Notes under the pieces: model-generated
Seen by the model: the letters and a program-made list of their open reading frames with translations, nothing else
Told to the model about the DNA's origin: nothing
The model's database searches: none
NCBI GenBank assembly: GCA_045805065.1
Contig: JBJMMA010000185.1
Span: 1 to 47,121 of the forward strand
Direction: 5' to 3'
Source: Bdellovibrionia bacterium
GTDB taxonomy: Bacteria > Bdellovibrionota > UBA1018
DNA: 47,121 nt
Shown: positions 38,042 to 47,121 of the stretch, piece after piece
Position numbering within the stretch: position 1 is the first letter of the stretch
How the letters are laid out: every line of letters begins with the position of its first letter
Translations under genes and position numbers: made by a program

Positions 38042-38744
38042 GTTTGTTTGGGCCTCAGTCTTAGGAACTCTTTCGTTACTTTCGGCCTGTTCGCACGCGC
38101 CTTCCCATGAAGGAACGCTTCGGTCTCGCACTACTCCGAAGAAGCTTCTTGCCGAAGCTTGCAGTCCTGGGAAGATGATTCAACAAGCGGGTGGTGTGGC
38201 GTGGATGAAGGCAAAATCGCCAGACGCATCCGGCCAGTTTCCTGCGTCGATTCAGGTCAAAGCGCCTTCCACCTTGAAGCTCGAAGTTCAACAACCATTG
38301 GGTGGAACCGCAGCCGTTCTGTCAATTGAAGGAAGTGAGCTTCGTATTGACGTGCCAGGAAAACCTGAGCGCGGTCGTCGTGAACGCGATACTTGGGCAG
38401 GGATCCCTCTGCGATGGGCGACTGATTTGTTTTTGGGAAAAATTCCATGCCCTGATGCAAACTCACTTGGTCAAGCATCGCTTTCTATTAACGCTGATGA
38501 TGAATTAGTTGTTTCGGTACCTTCTGATGCATCCGGAAAGCCTGCCCGTTTTGTATATCGCTTTGATGAAAGAAATGTCGGACGGTTTTGGGCAAAAACT
38601 CTTCACTGGGAATCGGGAAATGCTGCGGTAGATTTTGAGTTCGATGATCCGGAATCTGAGACGCAGAGCCCACTCAAGTGGCAGGCAAAATCCAAGCAAG
38701 GCGAAGTCAAAATCCGCTGGCGTGATCGCGAGATCGTGCGTTGA
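37953..38744 (+). CDS. LolB-like lipoprotein (start uncertain)
   Basis: LSAC lipobox, 'LEVQQPLGGTAAVL', 'GIPL'; TPR-then-lolB order as in proteobacterial loci. Confidence 0.6.
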   Translation: MSFPAIFPKTFRSRLAHKIAFLQSRRIQTEFVWASVLGTLSLLSACSHAPSHEGTLRSRTTPKKLLAEACSPGKMIQQAGGVAWMKAKSPDASGQFPASIQVKAPSTLKLEVQQPLGGTAAVLSIEGSELRIDVPGKPERGRRERDTWAGIPLRWATDLFLGKIPCPDANSLGQASLSINADDELVVSVPSDASGKPARFVYRFDERNVGRFWAKTLHWESGNAAVDFEFDDPESETQSPLKWQAKSKQGEVKIRWRDREIVR

Positions 38745-38838
38745 CTCGTTGACTCATTGACTCTGGGCCCCAGCTCGGGTAGCTCTTAAGAGTTATCGAG
38801 GCGGCTCTGCCGCCACGCTTATTAGGGGGGTCCTAAAC

Positions 38839-40605
38839 ATGTCATCCATTTCCAGATTTCGTCTTCTCTCGTCTCTTCTTCTCTGTACTGCTTTGATTTT
38901 CTCCGCTTGTACAAAGAAATCTGCTGATCCTGCGAACACGGTTCGTCTTTCGTCGATCGCAAAGTTCAAGGGCCTGGACCCTATCCAAGGGGACGATCTT
39001 TACTCAGCGACTGAAGCCAGTCGCGCGTACGAAACCCTTCTCGACTATCATTATTTAAAGCGTCCTTATGTTCTGATTCCGCTCCTGGCTGAATCGATGC
39101 CGGAGGTCAGCAAGGATGGAAAGACTTACACTTTCAAACTAAAAAAAGGCGTTCTCTTTCACGACGACGTTTCCTTTAAGGAAACCCAGGGCAAGGGACG
39201 TGAGATGACGGCCGATGACGTGATCTATTCTTGGAAGCGCCTGGCGGACCCTAAGAACACCTCTCCTAACTGGTGGACGTTTGAAGGCAAAATCGTTGGA
39301 CTCGATGACTGGCACAATGCTGCCGCAAAGGGCGCTGCCGATTACTCAAAGCCAATTGAAGGGCTGAAGGCGATCGATCGCTACACGCTTCAAGTCACGC
39401 TCAATCAGCCTAACTCTCTCTTCCTCTACATGCTTGCCATGCCTTCAGCTGCGGTGGTTCCTCACGAAGCCGTTGAGCACTATGGAAAAGAGTTCCTCAA
39501 TCATGCCGTGGGCACGGGCCCTTATCGCTTGACCGAGTTCAACCCGAACTCCAAAGCGATCTGGGATCGCAACCCGACCTATCGCAAGGAGCTTTATCCT
39601 TCTGAAGGAGAACCAGGCGATAAAGAAGCCGGGCTTCTTGAAGATGCCGGCAAGCCGCTTCCTCTCAATGACCGCATCATCGACACGGTCTATGAAGAGC
39701 AGCAGCCTCAATGGCTGACTTTCCTGAGTGGCAAACTCGACGTCAGCGGGATTCCAAAAGATAACTTCGCTCAAGCCATTGATAAAAGCGGCAAGGAGCT
39801 CACGCCAGAGATGAAGGCCAAGAATCTTCACTTGGGAATTTATCCAAGCGCGGATCTGACGCATCTTTCATTCAATATGGCGGATCCGCTCATGGGCAAG
39901 AACAAGTATCTGCGTCAGGCATTGAGCCTTGCTTATGATAGCACGCAGCTGATTGATCTTTTCTACAATGGCCGTGCAATTCCTGCGCAAGGGCCGATTC
40001 CTCCGATGCTGGCTGGTTATGATCCAGCCTTCAAAAATCCTTATCGCCAGTACAATCTGGAAAAGGCAAAGGAGCTGCTGGCTAAAGCAGGTTATCCAGG
40101 TGGAAAGGGATTGCCGACACTGGACTATGTAAATCTTTCGGACAGCACCAGTCGTCAATTCGCCGAGTATACGCAAAAAGCGTTTTCTCACCTAGGCGTG
40201 CAACTTAAAGTCAGTTCGTATTCCTGGCCGGAATTTCAGGCCAAGATCAAAAACAAGCAAGGTCAGATGTGGGAGTTCGCTTGGAACGGCGATTATCCGG
40301 ATGCCGAGAACTTCTTACAGCTGTTCTATGGAAAAAATGTGTCTCCAGGACCGAACGACGGCAATTACGTCAATCCTGCGTTTGACAAGCTGTACGAAAA
40401 ATCTTTAACCTTAACCAACGAGAAAGAGCGTCTCGCTCTTTATAAACAAATGGTCGATATCGTGGTGGAAGATACGCCTTGGATCTTTGGGGTGCATCGG
40501 ACCCTCTATTATCTGACCCAGCCTTGGACGAAGAACTATAAGTACAACAATTTCTCGCACTCCAATGCCAAGCATTTACGGATCGACACAGCCCTAAAGA
40601 AGTGA
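38839..40605 (+). CDS. oppA: Peptide ABC transporter substrate-binding lipoprotein (family 5)
   Basis: FSAC lipobox, 'LAESMPEVSKDGKTYTFKL', 'VGTGPY', 'DYPDAENFL'. Opp versus Dpp cannot be resolved. Confidence 0.9.
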   Translation: MSSISRFRLLSSLLLCTALIFSACTKKSADPANTVRLSSIAKFKGLDPIQGDDLYSATEASRAYETLLDYHYLKRPYVLIPLLAESMPEVSKDGKTYTFKLKKGVLFHDDVSFKETQGKGREMTADDVIYSWKRLADPKNTSPNWWTFEGKIVGLDDWHNAAAKGAADYSKPIEGLKAIDRYTLQVTLNQPNSLFLYMLAMPSAAVVPHEAVEHYGKEFLNHAVGTGPYRLTEFNPNSKAIWDRNPTYRKELYPSEGEPGDKEAGLLEDAGKPLPLNDRIIDTVYEEQQPQWLTFLSGKLDVSGIPKDNFAQAIDKSGKELTPEMKAKNLHLGIYPSADLTHLSFNMADPLMGKNKYLRQALSLAYDSTQLIDLFYNGRAIPAQGPIPPMLAGYDPAFKNPYRQYNLEKAKELLAKAGYPGGKGLPTLDYVNLSDSTSRQFAEYTQKAFSHLGVQLKVSSYSWPEFQAKIKNKQGQMWEFAWNGDYPDAENFLQLFYGKNVSPGPNDGNYVNPAFDKLYEKSLTLTNEKERLALYKQMVDIVVEDTPWIFGVHRTLYYLTQPWTKNYKYNNFSHSNAKHLRIDTALKK

Positions 40606-40609
40606 ACCT

Positions 40610-41545
40610 ATGCTGAGCTATATACTACGTCGTTTGCTGAGTACGATTCCCACCCTCATCGGGGTGACTTTGATTATCTTCGTGCTCTTCAACCTGGTGG
40701 GTGGCGATCCGGCAATTTTGATGGTGGGTAAGCATGCGACTCCGGCGCAAATTGCCGAGATTCAGCATGAATACGGCCTGGATCAGCCTGCTTACGCTCA
40801 GTATTTTGATTACCTCAAGCAGGTGGTGACCTTCGATTATGGTCGAAGCTTTGCGACCAAGCAGAAGATCAGCACGATGATCAGTGATGGGATCGCGCCT
40901 TCGCTGACGCTTGCGATTCCGGCTTTTGCGATCACAACGCTTCTCTCGATCGGAATTGGGCTTTTAGTGGCCTACTTCCGCGGGAAGTGGGTGGATAAGA
41001 TTGGGGTCGTGCTCTGCGTGTTTGGAATGAGCGTGCCGATGCTGGCCTACATTCTTTTTGGCCAGTATTTCTTTGCGTACAAGCTCGGCTGGTTTGAGAT
41101 CTCAGGCTATGAACCGACGCTCGATGGCTGGTTCCGTTACATGGCGCTGCCGGCTCTGATCTGGATCATCGTGAGCTTGGGTTATGACGTTCGCTTTTAC
41201 AGAACGGCGGTTCTGGAAGAAGTGAATCAAGACTATGTCCGTACGGCCCGCGCCAAGGGGCTCAGCGGTCCGAAAATTTTCCTGAAGCATGTTCTTAAGA
41301 ACAGCATGGGTCCGATCATCACGAACGTGGTGGTTGAGATCCCGCTTCTGATCACAGGCGCTTTTCTGTTAGAAGGGTTCTTTGGAATTCCTGGCCTGGG
41401 GGGCATCACGATCAGCGCGCTTCATAACAGTGATTTTCCAGTGATCAAGGCCATGACAACCCTTCAGTCGATCTTGTTCATCTTTGGAAACCTGCTAACC
41501 GACGTCCTATACACGGTCGTAGATCCAAGAGTGAGTTTGAAATGA
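40610..41545 (+). CDS. oppB: Peptide ABC permease (OppB/DppB)
   Basis: 'DYVRTARAKGL', 'FGIPGLG', 'DPR'. Confidence 0.93.
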   Translation: MLSYILRRLLSTIPTLIGVTLIIFVLFNLVGGDPAILMVGKHATPAQIAEIQHEYGLDQPAYAQYFDYLKQVVTFDYGRSFATKQKISTMISDGIAPSLTLAIPAFAITTLLSIGIGLLVAYFRGKWVDKIGVVLCVFGMSVPMLAYILFGQYFFAYKLGWFEISGYEPTLDGWFRYMALPALIWIIVSLGYDVRFYRTAVLEEVNQDYVRTARAKGLSGPKIFLKHVLKNSMGPIITNVVVEIPLLITGAFLLEGFFGIPGLGGITISALHNSDFPVIKAMTTLQSILFIFGNLLTDVLYTVVDPRVSLK

Positions 41546-42453
41546 GTACCGGTTCAGTTTCGGTCGGAGTCGCAAACGTCAATTCTCAACAGGCCGAGCC
41601 TAAGGGCAGAAGCTTGCTGAGGGATGGCCTGCATCGCCTGAAAAAAGACAAGCTCGCCCTGGTCTGCATCGGGATCGTGGTCATTTATGCCTTGATCGCT
41701 CTTTTGGCGAAGTTTGGCATGATCGCAACTCCTTGGGACGCCGTCGTGGGCGCTTCTTACCAGCCACCGTCTTTGGATAAGATGCAGCTCTGGCTTGGAA
41801 CGGACATCTTTGGCCGCAGTGTTCTTTATAAATGTATCCACGGAACCCGCATCGCAATGAGTGTGGGGCTTGTCTCTTCGTTGATCAGTATTCCGATCGG
41901 CGTTGTGCTGGGCGCGCTTGCCGGCTACTTTGGCGGCTGGATTGATGAGGCAGTCGTTTGGTTCTATACGACTCTTTCCTCCATCCCAAGCATCATGCTT
42001 TTGATCGCAATCACTTTCATGCTCGGCAAGGGCCTGACGGCGATTTACGTCGCTCTCGGCGTAACGGCATGGGTGAGCTTGTGTCGCGTGATTCGCGGCG
42101 AGTTCATCAAGCATAAGACACGCGAGTACGTTGTGGCTGCTGAAAGCCTGGGCGCTTCGCACAGCTCGCGTATTTTCAGGCACATTCTTCCGAACGTTTC
42201 TCACTTCATCATCATCAACCTGTCGATCAACTTCATGTCGGCCATCAAGTCTGAGGTGATTCTCTCTTTCTTGGGCCTTGGCGTGCAGGGCCAGCCAAGC
42301 TGGGGCGTAATGATCGATGATGCGAAGCTTGAGCTCGCTCGCGGGGTCTGGTGGCAGCTGGCCGGCGCGACTGGCGCCATGTTTTTTGTCGTGCTAGCAT
42401 TTAATATTCTTGGGGACTCGTTGCGCGACGCGCTCGATCCGAAGATTAAGTGA
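41542..42453 (+). CDS. oppC: Peptide ABC permease (OppC/DppC)
   Basis: 'LGTDIFGR', '[12 protein letters not shown]', 'LSFLGLG', '[10 protein letters not shown]'. Confidence 0.93.
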   Translation: MSTGSVSVGVANVNSQQAEPKGRSLLRDGLHRLKKDKLALVCIGIVVIYALIALLAKFGMIATPWDAVVGASYQPPSLDKMQLWLGTDIFGRSVLYKCIHGTRIAMSVGLVSSLISIPIGVVLGALAGYFGGWIDEAVVWFYTTLSSIPSIMLLIAITFMLGKGLTAIYVALGVTAWVSLCRVIRGEFIKHKTREYVVAAESLGASHSSRIFRHILPNVSHFIIINLSINFMSAIKSEVILSFLGLGVQGQPSWGVMIDDAKLELARGVWWQLAGATGAMFFVVLAFNILGDSLRDALDPKIK

Positions 42454-42467
42454 GCGGAGACTCTGAT

Positions 42468-43487
42468 ATGGACGGCAACTCTGAGAAAATCCTGGAAGTT
42501 AAAAATCTGGAGACGTCCTTCTTCACCGAAGCCGGAGTGGTGAAGGCTGTTGATGACATTAGCTTTAACGTCTACAAGGGCAAGACGCTGGGTATCGTGG
42601 GTGAGTCAGGCTGCGGAAAGAGCGTGACCAGCCTTTCGATCATGCGTCTGATCCCGAACCCTCCAGGCAGGGTCACGGGCGGCCAGATTCTTTATAAAGG
42701 CAAAGACCTTCTCAAGCTTGAGATGAGTGAAATGCGCAAGATCCGCGGCAATGAGATCTCCATGATCTTCCAGGAGCCGATGACTTCGCTGAATCCCGTT
42801 TTTACGATCGGAAACCAGATCGTAGAAGCGGTTCTTTTGCACCAGGACCTCAGCAAGTCCGCAGCGCGCGACAAAGCAGTCGAGATGCTGAAGCTTGTTG
42901 GGATTCCATCTCCTGAGAAGCGCGTGCACGATTACCCGCACCAGCTTTCGGGCGGCATGCGCCAACGCGTGATGATCGCGATGGCCTTGTCCTGCAATCC
43001 AAACGTGTTGATCGCCGACGAGCCAACGACTGCGCTGGATGTGACCATTCAGGCTCAGATCCTCGATCTTTTGCGTGACCTTCAACAGAAGGTCGGCATG
43101 GGGTTGATCTTGATCACCCACGATCTCGGAGTGGTGGCTGAAGTCGCTGACGAAGTCATGGTGATGTACGCCGGTCGCGTCGTCGAGCAAGGCTCCGTGC
43201 GCGAGATCTTCGGGAATCCAAAGATGCCGTACACGCGTGGGCTACTGAACAGCATCCCAACGCTTTCCAAGGATCCTACGGGCAAGGTCAAAAAGAATCG
43301 TCTCGAAACGATTCCTGGCATCGTGCCAAATCTCTTGTATCTGCCTCAAGGCTGCCGATTTCAGGATCGCTGCTCTTTTGTTGAGGCAGCATGCCGTGGA
43401 AAAGAGCCGGATCTTCGACAAATTCCAGCGCGCGTCGGTGAGCAAGGATCGCTTCCGCACTCGATTCGCTGTGTGAGGGACATCTAA
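42468..43487 (+). CDS. oppD: Peptide ABC ATPase (OppD/DppD)
   Basis: [25 protein letters not shown]-terminal Cys cluster; GGAG before ATG 42468. Confidence 0.94.
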   Translation: MDGNSEKILEVKNLETSFFTEAGVVKAVDDISFNVYKGKTLGIVGESGCGKSVTSLSIMRLIPNPPGRVTGGQILYKGKDLLKLEMSEMRKIRGNEISMIFQEPMTSLNPVFTIGNQIVEAVLLHQDLSKSAARDKAVEMLKLVGIPSPEKRVHDYPHQLSGGMRQRVMIAMALSCNPNVLIADEPTTALDVTIQAQILDLLRDLQQKVGMGLILITHDLGVVAEVADEVMVMYAGRVVEQGSVREIFGNPKMPYTRGLLNSIPTLSKDPTGKVKKNRLETIPGIVPNLLYLPQGCRFQDRCSFVEAACRGKEPDLRQIPARVGEQGSLPHSIRCVRDI

Positions 43488-44473
43488 TGGAGAACAAAGA
43501 AGTACTTCTCTCAGTTCGTAACCTCGTCAAGGAATTCCCCATCAAAGGCGGATTCTTCAATAAAGAGGTCGCCAGCGTAAAAGCGGTATCGGACGTTTCG
43601 TTTGATATTCGCAAGGGTGAGACGTTGGGCCTGGTCGGTGAGTCGGGTTGTGGAAAAACGACACTGGGTCGGTGCGTGCTTCGTTTGGTGGAGCCAACGA
43701 GCGGACAGATCCTGTTTAAAGGACAAGATATCACCAAACTTTCTGCGCGCGAGATGCGTAAGCTTCGCCGCAATATGCAGATTATTTTCCAGGATCCGTA
43801 TGCTTCGCTCAACCCGCGCATGACGGTTGAGGACATTCTGGGTGAGCCATTGGACATCCATGGGCTTTATCAGAATAAACACGAGCGCAAGCAGCGCATC
43901 CTGAAGCTTCTGGATCTGTGCGGTCTTCGCCGCGAGGCGATTGCTCGTTATCCTCACGAATTTTCGGGCGGTCAGCGCCAGCGTATCTGCATTGCTCGCG
44001 CTTTGGCTGTCGAACCTGAGTTCATTGTTTGCGACGAGCCGGTGTCGGCTCTCGACGTCTCGATCCAGGCTCAGATCGTAAATTTAATGCAGGATCTGCA
44101 AAAAGAGCTCGGCCTGACCTATCTCTTCATTGCCCACGATCTGAAGGTCGTTGAGCACATCTCAAACCGCGTTGCGGTGATGTACCTTGGAAAAGTTGCT
44201 GAGATGGCAACAGCCGAGGAGCTCTACACGAATCCGAAGCATCCTTATACCCGGGCGCTTCTTTCTGCGATTCCGATTCCGGATCCTAACTATCAGAAAG
44301 AACGGATCATTCTTCGTGGTGATGTCCCATCGCCGATCAATCCGCCAAGCGGATGCTATTTCCATCCTCGCTGCCCTATGGCCAAGGAAAACTGCAAAAC
44401 TGAGGTTCCTTGCCTGAGAGATCGAGCCGAAGGCGCTCGTATCCCTCACGATGTATCCTGTCATTACGCTTAA
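43487..44473 (+). CDS. oppF: Peptide ABC ATPase (OppF/DppF)
   Basis: [24 protein letters not shown], '[11 protein letters not shown]'. Confidence 0.94.
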   Translation: MENKEVLLSVRNLVKEFPIKGGFFNKEVASVKAVSDVSFDIRKGETLGLVGESGCGKTTLGRCVLRLVEPTSGQILFKGQDITKLSAREMRKLRRNMQIIFQDPYASLNPRMTVEDILGEPLDIHGLYQNKHERKQRILKLLDLCGLRREAIARYPHEFSGGQRQRICIARALAVEPEFIVCDEPVSALDVSIQAQIVNLMQDLQKELGLTYLFIAHDLKVVEHISNRVAVMYLGKVAEMATAEELYTNPKHPYTRALLSAIPIPDPNYQKERIILRGDVPSPINPPSGCYFHPRCPMAKENCKTEVPCLRDRAEGARIPHDVSCHYA

Positions 44474-44563
44474 AACGTCATCCAATTGACGCTTCATTAG
44501 CCTTTTGTTTTTTAGACAACCTGCCGAAACGCATAGAGATAGGGGAGTACCCTAGGTGCAATT

Positions 44564-45430
44564 ATGTGCCTTGAATACCTCCTCGAAACACAGGTGCGTA
44601 AGGCCGTGGACTTCAAGCAAAGAAAGCTTCCAAAAGATGCCGTAGAACAGTTGAGGATCTGCCCGATCCGTACTGTGCAGCCTTATGCTTTGATGATGGC
44701 TCCTGCCTACGTCTACATGAAGCTCAATGAGAAGTTCGTGATGATGAAAGGCGCCTTCGACTTCTTCACCGAAGAAGAGCTGGAGCGAATCAAGACGTTT
44801 GGCTCAATCTTTTTTCCCGGGGAAGTGGACACTGCGCTTCGTTTTCGCGATGTGGCCAGCGAAGTCCGTGAGCTTCTGGGTTGGAATCCTGAAACAGTTA
44901 TCCTGCACGAGCTCAAGGAAAAGACCCAAGGCAAGAAAGAGGAGATCCCTCTGATGCTTTCCTCTTTTGAGCTCTCCGATGCAGTCATTCGCGTCATTGG
45001 ACCGCTGTGGAAGCCAGGCCCTTACATTGATCCATATTTTGTTTCCGTTTTCGTGAATGAGCTTTGTGAAATCATCACGCCGGATCTTTTGAAGAGTTAT
45101 CGAGATCAGAGTATCGCGGATTTTGAAAAAGCGGTTCTGGGCTCGAGCTGGGCCGTCTTTCTCGCTCTTCACTTAGGTTACAACGATCTTAACTTCCTCA
45201 ACCGCCTGCGACTTTCCGTGATGCACGAGATGATGTCCGGGCAAACCGGACAATGGAAGAGCGCAGAGATTCGTCAGCTGGTTCAAGTGGCGCGTGAGTC
45301 GATTGGCTCCGAGCTTGAGCCACTGCCGGGACACCTGATTCACTATAATGTTTTGAAGTCGCATCTCAATATCGCTTCCGAAAAGCTTTCATCGCGCATG
45401 AGGCGCGTAGAAAGGCTTGCGCATGTATAA
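44564..45430 (+). CDS. Hypothetical protein
   Basis: 288-aa ORF with AGGT upstream; no motif recognised. Confidence 0.75.
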   Translation: MCLEYLLETQVRKAVDFKQRKLPKDAVEQLRICPIRTVQPYALMMAPAYVYMKLNEKFVMMKGAFDFFTEEELERIKTFGSIFFPGEVDTALRFRDVASEVRELLGWNPETVILHELKEKTQGKKEEIPLMLSSFELSDAVIRVIGPLWKPGPYIDPYFVSVFVNELCEIITPDLLKSYRDQSIADFEKAVLGSSWAVFLALHLGYNDLNFLNRLRLSVMHEMMSGQTGQWKSAEIRQLVQVARESIGSELEPLPGHLIHYNVLKSHLNIASEKLSSRMRRVERLAHV

Positions 45431-47121
45431 TTTCGGCAAGCTTCCTCCAAGAGCAATTCAAGCTTCTGGCGTTGCAAGCGTCCTTGGGGAAGACTGCCGT
45501 GTTTTTTACGATAACCTTTTTCACTCGGCAGGCCTCGGAAGAGTAGGGGACCTCCTAGCGGCGCGACTTCGTGCCTTTGGGCTGGATGAGTTGAAGCTTC
45601 GCGCGGTGCTGCTTTTCAGTTACTTTGAAGCCTTTCGTTCCCAGAATCAGGATGGCGGCCTGGATGAGCCATTGACCATTGAGTGCGGATTTGACGAGGA
45701 GAAGGTCGCTGTTGGAATTGCTTTCTCTTTGAGAGACACTGCGGTTTTTGCGGCCGAAGGAATTCAAGACCGGGTTTCCAAGAATCAGCCTTCCAATGCG
45801 TTTGAAGCACTTCTCGGCATGATCTACCTGAACTCAGATCATATGATCGTTCGACATGAAGCTGCCAGCGCACGCGTGGAAATCGTCTCGCTTCTTGCGG
45901 TTCCAGGCAAAATCGAGTCGGGCGAAAAGCAGCCGATGACGCTGATCGAGCAATCGACAGAAGCTCCGGTCGAGCAGATCAAAGCCAAGGAATATGTTCA
46001 GCTTGCGGATCTCGAGTATGCCGAGCTTCTGAAAGATGAAGGCCAAAGAGCCACGAAAAAGGCGAGCTTTTCAACTGGAGAGATTCTCTCCAAGCGCTTC
46101 TCCACATCCTCGAAGGAGGAGAGCGTCAAAGCGACTGTCTCTGGCCAAGTGGAAGAAGACTCATCAGAAGTGAAAATTGCTGCAAGCAATGAAAGCTCAA
46201 AAGATGAGCTGATCCGCGTCAGCGGCGAGAAAAAGGACCCAGTTAAAAACAGCCTGGTGCGAATCTCAGGCGATGCTTCGCCTAAAGACTCAAAAGGATC
46301 TGGCCAAGGTTTCAGTGTTCAGGAGATGTTAAAAAAGGTCTGGCCGTTCAAGCGCAAAAAGCAGGACGGCTCTGATGCGGATGAAGCGCAAGTCGGCCCT
46401 GAGCAGCATGCTCAAGCACCGGCGGCATCTGAACTTCCATCGACGCCTCAGGAAGCGGCAAAAACTGAAGCGGAAGCTGCTCCTGCAGCCAGCGAAGAGG
46501 AAGTGGATGATCCAGAAGAAATGGCTCAGATCCTTTCCAATAATTTTTCTTCCGGAAGCTTCTCGCAGCTCGTAGAGCGGACGCAGGAGATGGCTCGACA
46601 GATCAAGCGGGAATCGCAAGACCAAGCCGCAAAGCGCTGGGCGGATGGCATGTCTCAGCAGATCATGGCTGAAAAGGTCCGCCTGGGCGCACTCTCGCAA
46701 AAGATCAATCAGGCGATTCGCCAAAAAGAGCAAGATCTCAAAAAGCGCGAACAGAAATTCGCTGAAGACCTTCGACGCAAGGAAGAGGCGCTTCATCAGA
46801 AGACGATTGCCTTGGGACGCGCCAAAGAGCAGGTTGCACAACTGACTACGCAGCTTGAACGTCAAAAGGGAACCAAAGGCCCAGGCGGTGAAGAGAATAA
46901 TTTCAAGCAGAAGTATCAGCTCTCTCAACGCATGCTCACGAGCTTGCGTGAAGAAAACACCAAGCTTGCCGCAAAGCTTGAAGATCTCAAGGTCCAGACG
47001 GTTTCGACCGCAAAAGCTGCCGACTCGAGCGCGCAGATCGAGCTTGCGAACTTGAAGTCCAAACAAGATCAGATGATGCGCCAGAACATGCAGCTCAAGA
47101 GCCTCAATGAGCAGCTCATGA
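45423..47121 (+). CDS. Large coiled-coil protein, truncated by the window end and absent from the ORF track
   Basis: ATG 45423 overlaps the previous stop. Reads MYNFGKLPPRAIQ...LTIECGFDEEKVAVGIA..., and the same frame gives ...MMRQNMQLKSLNEQLM at the window end. The middle was not checked codon by codon. E/K/Q-rich C-terminal part. Confidence 0.85.
   Translation, partial: MYNFGKLPPRAIQASGVASVLGEDCRVFYDNLFHSAGLGRVGDLLAARLRAFGLDELKLRAVLLFSYFEAFRSQNQDGGLDEPLTIECGFDEEKVAVGIAFSLRDTAVFAAEGIQDRVSKNQPSNAFEALLGMIYLNSDHMIVRHEAASARVEIVSLLAVPGKIESGEKQPMTLIEQSTEAPVEQIKAKEYVQLADLEYAELLKDEGQRATKKASFSTGEILSKRFSTSSKEESVKATVSGQVEEDSSEVKIAASNESSKDELIRVSGEKKDPVKNSLVRISGDASPKDSKGSGQGFSVQEMLKKVWPFKRKKQDGSDADEAQVGPEQHAQAPAASELPSTPQEAAKTEAEAAPAASEEEVDDPEEMAQILSNNFSSGSFSQLVERTQEMARQIKRESQDQAAKRWADGMSQQIMAEKVRLGALSQKINQAIRQKEQDLKKREQKFAEDLRRKEEALHQKTIALGRAKEQVAQLTTQLERQKGTKGPGGEENNFKQKYQLSQRMLTSLREENTKLAAKLEDLKVQTVSTAKAADSSAQIELANLKSKQDQMMRQNMQLKSLNEQLM

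Overview
Bacterial chromosomal window of moderate GC. The gene repertoire suggests Bdellovibrionota/Oligoflexia, but this is inference and was not verified. Core-like blocks are an ABC-2 exporter operon, a Zn-dependent dehydrogenase, an MFS transporter, a PD40-M28-PDZ peptidase, groES-groEL, hslO, a PhaR-like regulator, a TPR lipoprotein with a LolB-like gene, a complete Opp/Dpp-type operon and a long coiled-coil ORF (45423 to the window end) that the ORF track misses. An accessory segment (about 16.7-27.1 kb) lies 3' of a minus-strand tRNA-Phe(GAA), with a 15/16-nt duplicate of the tRNA 3' end at 20366-20381. It carries a LysR-controlled P450 / class I terpene-synthase-like / GFA cluster, a protein-glutaminase, an Ig-like + MepA-like peptidase paired with a FIMAH-like protein, and a DUF4258 toxin with an HTH-Panacea antitoxin. 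The most unusual non-coding element is an array of seven 16-bp palindromes (GGTCGCC-GT-GGCGACC) at 66-500, spaced 64-84 bp apart. Its architecture fits a parS/sopC-type protein-binding array better than a CRISPR. All family assignments come from motif recognition by eye, not database searches.
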